Shown: positions 1-10,500 of the stretch, one piece after another
Numbering within the stretch: the stretch's first letter is position 1
How the letters are laid out: each line of letters opens with the position of its first letter
Assembly: GCA_036172245.1 (NCBI GenBank)
Contig: JAYWIR010000031.1
Span: 2,294,001-2,358,000, forward strand
Direction: 5' to 3'
DNA from: Raillietiella orientalis
Taxonomy: Eukaryota
Length of the DNA: 64,000 nucleotides
The notes under the pieces: generated by a model
What the model was told of the DNA's origin: nothing
What the model saw: the letters and a program-made list of their open reading frames with translations, nothing else
Databases searched by the model: none
Translations under genes and position numbers: made by a program

Positions 1-730
1 GCACTTTTCGAACTTTCAGTCAGGAGAGACCTCTTCTTTCTCATCCTCTCTGGTGCAATTCAAGGGAACAGCTCAGACGCATCTCAAAGGTTCTCATCTT
101 CACTCCGATCAGCCTGCTCGAACAGGAAGTGCTTCAGCAAGTCTCCATCGGATTTGCTGGAGCAAGTCCTCTGTGCTTCTCATCGAGGTCCATTCTCTCA
201 TGATTTTGCAAAATGCCAAATCACTCGGCGAAAGCTCTTTAGGAGGATTCTGGACCAACCAACCTCTCGTGAGTTTCTCGTGTGCGCGACACGCGATGCT
301 GGTGTTGGCCTCGGAGCAGCCAGGCGGGAGCGAATCGCGCATCCTGAGAACAGACGTCGGTCGACACCATCGAAGCTCTGCTGAAAAGTCTCAAAAGGAG
401 AAACCGACACGGATGCTTGAGTGCAGAAGCGTTTCGTTCTACCCGTGCATCTCGATGCTACCGAGTCGGTTGAGGGAGCCAGCCGCATTTCAGCCACCTT
501 TATTGACAGTTCGAGTGACCCGAGATTTGTTGGTAGCTTGGTGCTTATGTTGCTCTTCCGTTCCTTCGATACACATGCAGCGCTTCATGGTGACCACGCG
601 GCAATGCGTTCCTGTTTTAATCTGTCAGAGTGTTCCCTTCTCTCTGTATCTGTCTGCGGTGAAGTGCAGCCGATGGGTCTGGGGCGCTCATCCAGAGCAC
701 AATAACAGCGAATCCCTTAGTGTTTAAGGA
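1..730 (+). mobile_element. Degenerate Penelope-like retroelement relic (post-RT region and GIY-YIG)
   Basis: Ordered degenerate motifs across frames: LHRICWSKSSVLLIEVHSLMILQNA (~RA.RICS...E...L..IL..NGY), PGGSESRILR (~LPY..G.SE.I.R.L), QKRFVLPVHLDATESVEGASR (~VVY.I.C.C...YIG.T.R), ALHGDH...FNLSECSLL. Recognised by eye only. Confidence 0.45.
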
Positions 731-1949
731 AATCAGAGTCTCTCCCCAGAGCACCGAATCCGGTCGGTGGCCTCGAACCTTTGGTGGTTCAAACCGTATT
801 CTTGCATACAGTTCGACTTTCAGGTGACCTGTCCTCTCCTCCAGTTTGACCTCTCCTCTTGCTTCCTGAGGTGGCGGAGCAGTGGAAATTTTTCACTGCT
901 CCACTTGTTTGTTCCATCGTCTTTGATTTCCTGATGTCCTTTTTTTTGCTTCCCCTTCTTCCTCTTTCTTTCTTTTTTTCCTGCGTTTTTCCATGAATAT
1001 TTGGGGCGCAGCCGTAGATGACAACGGGTCGGGGAGTCGAAACCGAAATTCTTCAGCCTTGCCAAACCACAGACCTAGCCATGTTTGATTCTCTTTGCAT
1101 CTCTTTCGCTTTCCCTGCTTCATTTCTGTCCAACTAGCAATCCTGACCGCGTCAGTATATTCGTCATAATGGGATGTTGATTTTGGTACTCTGCTGCCAA
1201 GCTGAGAATTGTCTTGGGAGATTTGAAAAAGATGCGTTGTTTTTGGTGGATTCTGGCGGAAGATGAGCTACTCCTTTGAGCTGGTAGTAAGAAAAATTCA
1301 GTGTCTCATATCACAAAATCAGTGAATTAAATTAAGGATGAATGAGAGGAAAGCAAGTAGTTTTGAATGCCATTTTACAGTATTTAATATTTGTGTTTTA
1401 AATTTACATAAACCTTTAACTTTGTTTCGAAATGGATATTCAGATATGTTCATTTAATTATTGTTTAATTAATTGAATACATACTTTAATTAAGTATATC
1501 TATATTACACCGAGAGTCCTATAAGTATGCCTCAGATGTTGTTTGGCCCTTTGATCTATGGATGCTGTAAGCTTAAACAAAATCGATGAACACGTAATCT
1601 ATAATATACTAACAGTTACTGAAAATGTCAATAGAAATGCATTTTTTTAAATAAATACTGGTAATCAAACGAAAGGAAGCCACGATTGCAACTGCTGCAT
1701 CTTAAGGAATTCATATGTATCCCCCCCCCCTTCCTTTATCCTCCATTGCATGGAAAGACCTGCGAGTGCAATTGAAATTTTCAGGAGCACAGTCGGGCAT
1801 GCGGTTGTCGGCGGAATCAGCGAGATTCGTTCGCGGACGGATCTCTAAGGCGGAAAGATGAAAATCGCGACGGCGCCTTCTGGGGGATTCCCGGATTCCT
1901 AGAGAAAAAAGTTTCCCGGAAACCGGTCGGCTCTTCCGAGGCGAAAGCC

Positions 1950-2680
1950 GCACAATGCGCGGTCCGCTCCGAGGTTGTAGCCGCATCTCGGAAGAATCCT
2001 TGCCGGTCGCAATTCTCGGGAATCCCGGGCGAATCGGGCTCCCTGCCTCTAGACATGCAAAAAGATGGTCGCTCCTGCTGAGCTGCATTGCTCGTGGTCG
2101 CCACCCACTCTCCTGTGACAGGAGTGAGCGTCTGGACATTTGCGCGGCTGGTGAGGAGGACACCAGGGCAGACGTGCCTTGGAAGCTGCCTGTCACGACC
2201 GGGACAAGCCAGTCGGAGTAGAATGGGTCCACAGGAAGAAAGGTTTTCTTGCTACCGGTCAAGCGGAAATGGGAAGAGCAAGGTTCGGAGGGCGAAGAGA
2301 GAGATGTCCGGCACGTCAGGGAGGACTAGGAAAGCACGACTTCCCAAGGAAGGCGGAACAGCTTGCAGGAAGCGTCCTGAGGAGCCGAAGGGCTGTGAAA
2401 GGACGTGTGCAGGCATCAGCACGCCGAGGAAGTGAAACGGTGCGCAACCTGGCAATAGATAGCCTTCTTCGGGCCTGTCTGCTTCAATTGGTCCTCTCTG
2501 AGCAGCGGTGACCTCGACGTTCCCGAGAGAGGGTTGCCCTCGTCAGTGGCCCTGACCTTCAAGGGGAACCCCTCTTTCGCGTAGCATTTTCTGACCTGCG
2601 AAGTCACAGACCAACATCGCTGCCGTGGTAAAGTCCGAGCTTCTGAAACGATTCGAAAAAGGACGAACGCGTGGGAAGGA
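1950..2680 (+). mobile_element. Degenerate Penelope-like relic
   Basis: EESLPVAILG (~E..LPFLD), ATHSPVT...ARLVRRT (~S.HP...LV.RA), NGST (~NGYP), RLPKEGGT (~LPY..G.S), SFA*HFLTC (~SA.A.H), in the expected order with frameshifts and stops. Confidence 0.4.
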
Positions 2681-2744
2681 TCCGCTCCGCGGTGCCCGTT
2701 CCAGGACCCAGCGGACGCTGCTCCGGCAACCTCTTCGCCCGTCC

Positions 2745-2910
2745 CCGAGACGGTAGCCTACTCTCCTTGCACGTGGAACTGCGTGAACTCCGACCTCGAG
2801 TTCGGGGACGGGCGCACTCCGAGGGACACTCTGTTTGGGGAGCTCGCCGCCGCGGCCACGCTCAAGAAGCTTCCGAAGGAGTAGCTGACCCCGCTGAGGC
2901 AGGCCTCTCT
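2745..2910 (+). mobile_element. Possible Ty3/Gypsy gag relic
   Basis: ETVAYS...LEFGDGRTPRDTLFGELAAAATLKKLPKE*LTPLRQA resembles the Gypsy gag pattern E.V..Y...CEFG....RD.LV.GL....KKLL.E..LTL..A. Confidence 0.33.
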
Positions 2911-3013
2911 TGCCACTCCCCTCGAAATGGAGCCCCCCTCCCCCCGTTCTTTTAACCGAACTTCGCTACGGAGAACTGGTTTGCTGCTGGATTCGAACGC
3001 GCACCTTTTCGGA

Positions 3014-3091
3014 GAGCTTAAGTCCCGTGTGACTTGGTCGTGGGGTTGGTCACGGACCAACCCACGACCAAGTCACACGGCACCCAAGCTC
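3014..3091. repeat. Near-perfect palindrome / long hairpin
   Basis: GAGCTTAAGTCCCGTGTGACTTGGTCGTGGGGTTGGTC - ACG - GACCAACCCACGACCAAGTCACACGGCACCCAAGCTC, with a perfect 20-bp core at 3025-3044 / 3061-3080. Confidence 0.9.
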
Positions 3092-3519
3092 ACGATTCTC
3101 TTTTTGTGTGTGTATGTGTCCTTTTCTTGAACAGAGCTGGAAAGGAGGATCCTCCGTCCTTCGTCTTAGCTCGGCGTGTTTTATCCCGCGTCTGGAGATC
3201 AGCGATGACGGCCTTCTTCCCGTTTTCGCTGGGCCACACGGCACCTCGGTGGAATGCCGCAAGTGCCAGCGTGCCTCCTTGCGGTGCCGTGTCAGCATCT
3301 TTTTCCACCGCTCTTCCTCCCTCCAGTCCCGAACGCTGACGCTGCAGAGGTTGGAAGAGGACAGGAGTTCCGTCGGTGTGGGGTTCCGTGCTGTCCCTTC
3401 TTTCCGAACCTAGCCCTCTCCTCCGACCGGCCCCGTGGGCCGTGGCTTCGACTTCTCTCAGACACGGCGAGCGTTCCGGTCCGGAGGACGGTCCTGCCCG
3501 CGTTGCCGGCTGTGCTGCT

Positions 3520-4455
3520 GCGGTTGCCATGCGTCGCACCAAGCGTTGCGGGTTTGAATCCCACCTGGGGAACGATCGACCTCCGGACACGTGATCGCAT
3601 CGTGGATTTGGATTCTCTTCCCCCCCCCCCCCATTCCGCAGGATGGCGATGTCTGGCCCACGCTCTTCGGATGCGGAGCTGGTTGACACTCGATCACCCG
3701 ATCACGCCGAGGCGTTCATTTATAAACCTACATGTCTGTGGCAGGACGTTTGATCCTGCCACGTTACTTATGGATACGAACAGGAACCTGCATGGATCTG
3801 GCACGCAGGACAGGAGGGTTCGCCTCTGTAGCATAGCGAAAGGGGAGACAAACAAAAAGAAGAAAATAAAACAAAAAATGCAGCCAAAAAATGAGGAGAA
3901 GAGGGGGAGATCAGGAAGGGACCACTGTGTGCTGGAGGGCGTCCTCTGCATCCTTGTAAGGATGCCGGCAAGTTCCTGTTTCATGGTCGGATGCGGGACT
4001 GGTGAAAGCTGGAAACCGGATGCCTCCCCGTTGACTGGCCGGGATTCGAGGAGAAATCGAGGAGTCCTTCGAGGTTCCCCTCCGATGTGAAAAGGGGGTC
4101 ATACCATGGATCTGGTTGATACCCTCCCTCTCCTACGTGGGGTTTCTTCTCCAGGGTGTCAGAAGCGCACTGCTCCATCCGGGGAGCGCCCTTCAGAGAA
4201 ATTGGGAAGCTTTTCTTCGGGGTTCCATCGAGAGGAGCAGCAACAAGGAGAGGTTTCTTTCCGGATTCCTTTCCGAGGAGCAAGTGAGGAGCAGACCCTT
4301 TTGAGGGGTTCTTCCAGAGAGAATAAGGGTTCCCCTCGGGATTTCCTTCCCAAGCGTAAGGGGAACGAACTCCTTCCTCCGAAGCGCTTTCTGGATTCAT
4401 AGGGTGGTCTACTCTCGGCGTACCCTCTAATTTGAAAAGTGCAGGGGTGGGCGCA
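3520..4455 (+). repeat. Interspersed repeat family copy A (interrupted; segments ~3520-3710 and ~3960-4455)
   Basis: Shares CACCAAGCGT.GCGG.TT.GAATCCCACC, ACCGGATG.CTCCCCGTTGA, GTGTCAGAAGCGCACTGCTCC, GAAATTGGGAAGC and GGATTCATAGGG with copies at 5531, 54733 and 56565. Confidence 0.8.
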
Positions 4456-4459
4456 CTTC

Positions 4460-5450
4460 CGGCATTCAAACCTGCGGTCTTCCTCTTGGTGCCGGGAGTT
4501 TTCGCCATGGGGTTGGGTGTCCTTGAGCGACCAGAAGGTCGCGCCTTCTGATCGCTCAGGCCCGCAAGCCTTCGCTCTTGCCCCGAAGGTCCGTGACGGC
4601 GTAGGTCCGCGCTCGGTCGCCGGGAGGGAGCTCTAGCTGGCGCGCGCGTGTGGGGGGCGAGTCCTTGGCTCCGAAGCTGCCGTTTCTGCCGCGATGGACC
4701 TTGCGCTTCCCCTTCGCCGCCGCCCAGCCCTCAGGCATCTGAGCTGCGAGCGAGCGTCATTTCCTCTTGAGGTCAGCCGTGTTTCTCTTGCATCGCATCT
4801 CTGCTTCAGTTCTGCGCTATCTCAGACGAACCCCCTGTCTCGAGCTCATCCCCGGTCTTCTTCTCCGGCATCTTCGGGGGTTTCAGGATGAGGAAATCTC
4901 AGGGTCCGAAGGAGGATCTGGAGGAGAAACTCTTCTTAGCGAGAAGCTGCCCTCTGTTCCCTGGAACCTTTCGCGTTCAGACGGGAAGATGCCCATGTCG
5001 GGTCCCTTGTCCATGATGGGTGGGCTTCGTGCACCCGATATTGACTCCCCATCTTTGTGTTTCTTCTTTGTTTTTTTTTTTTTTTTTTCGTTGTTGTTGT
5101 TGGTGTGTCTCCATCTCTTCCTTCGGATGATCTGAAGCGCAGTTTGGTCCCCAAAAAGGAAGGAAGAGAGAAAAGTTCCAGTTCTGACCCGAGAAACAGA
5201 GAGAGACCCGACCTCAAAGAACGGCGCTCCTCGCCGTTATATTCTTTCCCTTTTTCCCTTTTCCTCGGCCAGCAGTGAGGCTCTACAGAGACTCATCGCT
5301 CCCCGCCGAAGCCTCTTCGAGGACACAAGGCGTTCGCATTGCGAATAGACTGCCCTCTGACCTCTCGGTGCTCCCACCCGTCCTTCATGCTATGCGCGGG
5401 CCGGCTGCCTCCAACAAAGGGTCCCTAGTCTGAAGGGTAACGCGCGTGTT
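4460..5450 (+). mobile_element. Degenerate Penelope-like relic (RT end to GIY-YIG end)
   Basis: KLPFL (~LPFLD), RRRPALRHLSCERASFP (~YRKPT...L.F.SF.P), FLLHRIS...LRGFQDEEI (~LLHRA...GYP...I), KLPSV (~LPY), SSPLYSFPFSLF...GSTETH (~S.VVY.F.C..C...G.T.RH), VPSLKGN (~PSLN.N), all in order. Confidence 0.5.
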
Positions 5451-5530
5451 GCGCGCGTCTGCCTCATCACGTGCTTCGCGCAGCGCGCACCCCACTCTCA
5501 TGCATGTCTCTGCGGCCACGCCCGGCTCCC

Positions 5531-6377
5531 TCTTACCGGGAGGGAAGGGGCGGAGGGAGGCAGAACAGTGCTTGGTGCTTGTGACCTGTTTCGTGGACCG
5601 TGTCCCGATCCACGAAACAGAGGCCCGCGTCGGAAGCCATGTGATTACGGATTCCGTGCGTGACACCAAGCGTCGCGGATTCGAATCCCACCCAAGAAGA
5701 ATCGACGCCGAGAAAATGAGTGCGTCATGGGTTCGAGTTCCTCCTGAAAGATGACGCTGGTTGGCTTACATTCATTCGGGTTCGGCACCAGTGGCGGTTT
5801 AGACCGGATGCTCCCGATGAGGGCCGGGATAATGGGAGTCGAGCTTCGGGTCCTTCCAGGAATGACGGAGTGCATTGACCCTCCGGTTGTTCAAAGGAGC
5901 CGTCCCTCCCCCCTCGTGGATGGACCCTCCGTCTCATACCACGGAGTAGGTGCGGGACCTCACCAGAGAGTTCAGAGAAGCGTGTGCTCCCTTCGGGTAA
6001 CGCCCTTCTGAGAAATTTCGGAAGCATCCCTTCGGGGAACTCTTCGGAGAAAGAAGAAACAGGGAGCGGTTTCCTTGCGGGTTCCCTCTGAAGAAGAAAT
6101 TCCTACTAGCGGATCCTTTCCGGGTTCCCTTAGGAGAAGAAAAATGGGTAGGACCCCTCCGATGTTCGCTCTGGAGAGCATAAGGAAGACGATTCCTTTC
6201 GAGGTTCCCTTTGGAGACAATCAAGGTGGAAGTTCCTTTCGGGAATCCCTCCCAGGAGCGAGAGGAACGGACTCCCTCCTACGGAGCCCTTCATGGATTC
6301 ATTCATAGGGATGGTACCGGGCACCCCCTATCTTGAGGGATGAAAAGCACCCCCGGGTGGCGTGGAACAGCGTCAAA
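5531..6377 (+). repeat. Interspersed repeat family copy B (most complete, ~850 bp; solo-LTR-like or SINE-like)
   Basis: Begins TCTTACCGGG (cf. TGTAACCGGG at 55270). Has B-box-like GGATTCGAATCCC at 5677-5689 and GGGTTCGAGTTCC at 5729-5741, about 8 tandem ~40-bp units at ~5985-6295, and ends GGAACAGCGTCAAA. Confidence 0.8.
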
Positions 6378-6559
6378 GAGTTGCGCGAGCCTCCAGCCGC
6401 ACGACGGCTCTTGAGGCACTCAGCGAACCAAAAAAAAAAAAGCTGGAGAGAAAACGGGCAGGCAGATAAAAAAGATTTTCATCATTCCCCATGCAGCCGA
6501 GGGAAGAGCATACCTTTCCCTTTTTCCCCGTTGCCTCTCTCTCTCCCCCTCGTGATCGC

Positions 6560-7330
6560 TGCTCCGCGGTCGACTCTCTGGGGCTACTCGGGTCGCAGCC
6601 ACTGGGCTGCTGAGAATTTTCTGGAGAAAAAGCTTCTGGAGAACGCGGGGGTCCCTCGTCAACGGTCCGGATTGTGAGAGCAAAACCTGACAATCGGGAT
6701 GCCCATGCATCGAGGAAGGGCAAACGGCTCCCCGTTAAGGGACTGGTCGACGGGGCGTGCCACCGTAACTCTAGTATCAAAGACGAACGAGACCAAAGTT
6801 TGCTGACCTTTTTCCTGCTGTGGTGTTTTGGGTTTCGGACCGCGAGCGGTTAGCCGGTCACGGAGTCCTCATCCGTAGTCAACCCCGGGTGGCCTAAGGG
6901 CAAGGGATGCACTGCGTGCACGGTCACGCAGCTTCCTAGGGTCTAGGTCTTCTTCTCCCCCTCTCCTCTCCTTTGGCTCGGCTCGCCATCGGCAAAATCG
7001 CAACAAATGGTAGATCCCCATGGGGATCCGGTGGGTATCTGGATAGGTGTCTTTGGCAAACGATCGTGAAAACACTCCGCATTTGAAGAACCAGCTTGTG
7101 ACCAAGCGAGGCTAAACGTTGCGTGAGAAGACCCTTGGGGCTATGCTGAAGAGCGTAAAAACGTAGACCGGAGCGGATTCTCCCATCGGGATGAGGGGGA
7201 TGAGCGAGCGGTGGGTGTTAATCGGTTTCGGTTTCTTGCAAGGAGGCATCGCTTCCGGTGCCTTCAAAACTCCTGTTGGCATTCGGCAATCTTGCATGCA
7301 GACTGCCCTTTCCAAGGTCACAGGAGAAAC
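6560..7330 (+). mobile_element. Degenerate Penelope-like relic (RT core to GIY-YIG)
   Basis: AAENFLEKKLLEN (~AN.FM..LE.KLL), RNSSIKDERDQSLLTFF (~N.SIKFT.E....L.FLD), IATNGRS (~NGY), KTLGAMLKSVK, GVNRF...FKTP (~GVY.I...FKTR), in order. Confidence 0.5.
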
Positions 7331-7536
7331 GAGACTCTCTTCCTGATTCTCTGTTTTTCCAGTCGAACGTCGCAGATGCTTTTTTCATCTTTTCTTTGAA
7401 GGGAATTCTGGGAATTCATCTCGAAAGATTGGCTTGACTTCTAAGCTGCGAATTCCAAAAACGCACTCCATTTTTCGGAGCTGCCACACGCTCTTAGATA
7501 AATGATTAAATGTTTGTTTGTTTTTCTTCATTAGTA

Positions 7537-10500
7537 ATGGATAAGAAGAATGTGCCCCTGGACAGGGTGAGCAAGTATCCAGAATATTCCGCGCATTGGT
7601 CCGTGTCGTACCCTGCATTCTCCAGGAGCTCCTCCTCTTCTTGCGCTCATAAGTCGGAAGAGTCAGCAGATGTCAACGGCTGCTGCCTTAGCGACCCGCA
7701 TCCTCCCTCCGTTGGACCGACCAGGGACCTTTCGGTTCCCTCCTCCTCGGCACTGGAAGGAAACTCCAACGAGATGATAGACGCGAAGAGTGGCGAGTTC
7801 CCGCTCCTGCGACCTGCACCTGCACCGTACGCCGTCCCCGGGGCCAACCTCGACGGCTGCTGCGATTGCTTGCCCGAAGATCGCCTGAACTGGGCTCTCG
7901 AAAACCTCAGGCTGCAGGTGACGGAAAAGGACGCCCTCATAACGAAGCTGCAAGCCCGCGAGAAGTACCTGGAGCAGAGCTTGCAGGAAATGCAGGAAAC
8001 AATAAACAAACAAAAGGAGTGCATCGAAAACCTGAACAGGGATGCGGACAAATTCAGGGTAAGGAGCTCGACTGGACACTTACCCTGGACACCGAGGGAC
8101 TCGCTTCTTTTCAGAGCGTGCTGCATCAGCTCGGGGTGCAGTCTGAAGTGCCATCTATATCCCAGCTGTGCTCAAGTGAAACCACCGTCAAGAGGAGGCT
8201 GTTGAAGAAGCAGGGAGTCTCTGGAGAAAGCACTTTGGTTACTACCGAAGAAGTCCACAACTTACCGTACATCCACTATCCTAAAGATGAAGCGTAAGGA
8301 TGCTTTCCATGTTTTCGAGATTCTTTCGACTCGACAAACTGTCGTCGAAAATCGTTTTCGAAAGATCGCGAGCATAATAATGCGAAGTGACCAGGTGCGG
8401 ACGCGCAGCCGCAGAACACGCTCTTCATGCCAAAGAGGGACTTCTGCTCGATCTGTTTCACCGCAAGAAATCACCAGTGCTGTTTTAGCGGTACAGAGCG
8501 AGCGACGGGTTACCCCTGGAAAACTACCTGAGCACCAAAAAGCACCTGTTCTCGACTTCTGCACGAATAGAACGAACACCTCTGTAAGGGACCCGCATGT
8601 TTCCTGATTGCTCCGTCGCCATGGAGCTCATGAACCGCTTTCGAGGCGTCTTCGGTAGCCCTCTCAGTGAATCGCCAAAAAGTGAAAGAAGGGGATCCCC
8701 AAAGAGGAGCAAAAATGCTCCTTCGAACCGGATTTTTTCTCTAACGAAAGTGGAGAAGAGAAAAGGAAAACAAGATAGAAGCACAGAGATGTGAAGGAAA
8801 AATAGAAGGAACAGAAACAGTGAGAAACTGCAGGAGGAGGAAAAAAAATTAGGATTGCATCCATCAGAATGAAATGATCCTGGATATCGGCCTGAAAAGA
8901 GCCATAGCTTTCGGCTGGATTGATGGATCTGCTGAGGTCCTCGTAATGGGAACATGTCCATTTAGTTACATGAAAGGGGTAGACTGAGCTGCAAACAAAC
9001 GTCGGGTGCGTTCACATGTCCGGAAAGATTCTACGAATCAATCTTAATTACAGCAGAGAGTTTTTCCTCCACAGAGCAAACATCATTCCCTTAATGGACC
9101 TCGATAATTTCCCTAAAATCTTGATGTGTTTGTCTCCTCATCCTCCGTCCTTACGTCAGCACTATGTCGAATTAGTCCAAACCATTAGCAGGGAATTTCA
9201 AACGATGCTACTTACAGGAGATGACCAAGAATGCATTTGCGAGAAGAAAGTTGAAAATACTCGAAACCATACCGTGCGCCTCAAATAGGCTGAAGCAACC
9301 TGGAAGGAAGACGCAAGAATCCGCTTCCTGCTTCACGACACTGAATCTCGAGTTTCGAACTTGGGCTGCACATTGGACACAACTCTGCTGGTCAGCGAGC
9401 GCTCGACACGGCTGGCACTCGGGATCGTAATCTCTTCCGTACCGTGATGAGGAGCGCAGGAAATCCCGATGATGTTGGCTTGCTCTCAGGAGCTTACGGG
9501 AAGAAGCTCCGGAAATCTGCTGCATCGCTCCAACGATTAACGATACGAATGTGCAAGAAGGGAGGCTTGGCTCGCGGTACGGAGGAGGAGGAACTGTGGT
9601 CCTGATCAACATGGATGGGCATGAGTTTGCTTTGATTTAAGTTTCTCTCCAGGAAGACGTTGCTAAAGTTTGGGATGAAAGTTGTGTTCGAGAGCAACTG
9701 ATCAAAAGCTGTTGGGGAAGAGTGTTCTTCGTGTTGTACAAACAAAAAAAGCACAGTGAAGAGTCGTACCAATAGGCCAATTAGAATCACAGAAGCAGTG
9801 CATTCCCCAGTTCAACTGGCCCACAACATCACTTCAGATATCAGGCGAACGGTTGCATTCCCAGCTCACCAGCACTATTCTCTAGATCAGCTAATTTACC
9901 ACTATGGTTTGAGGGGGTTGCAGTGATAAGCGGAACATTTGAATAGATCCAAGATGCTGGAAAAGAAAAATTGCTCTTTCATGTGAGAATAACGTTTTAT
10001 CCTTAGATGAGAGTCAAATCCGCTTCCTATGGCAACCTTCCTTCGTCTCTTTATTAGGTTTGTTTTCTTTTGACCTTCCTGATCTCGGGACTCTTTGGTG
10101 AGAGCTCTGGGCCAATCAAAGGTGGATCCGCTCCTGGATCAGTCTCTGTCCCGTAGTATCGCCAACTCTTTTGTCACACGAAATAGAGCACTTATCCATT
10201 TGATTCTGTTTCGACGTCTGGCGAAGAATATGTGAGATGAATGAGTCCGTGGACGCTTGTCCCACGGACACGCTCACGTCTTCCTAAATTGATGTGCGAC
10301 TCGCCGTTGCTGTCTCTTGCACTCTCTTCACGTGGAACAAAACAGCTGACTTTTTCGGTTCGTTGCTTCTCGGCCGTAGCGGCCGCGACCCTTCCGTGGT
10401 CTCACTGACACTTCTCTACCAAAACTTTGAGCTGCATCCCTTTGACACAGAATCTGGACCCCCCACATCTGCATTTCAGATCCAAGGCGTGCATCAAAGA

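Noticed and set aside
876..902. 9-bp hairpin GGAGCAGTG/CACTGCTCC (and 10244-10268 GTCCGTGG/CCACGGAC)
   Set aside because: Short enough to arise by chance in 64 kb; no convincing Helitron or terminator context.
5985..6295. CRISPR-like array
   Set aside because: Eukaryotic context, degenerate units without unique spacers of constant length, and no cas genes.
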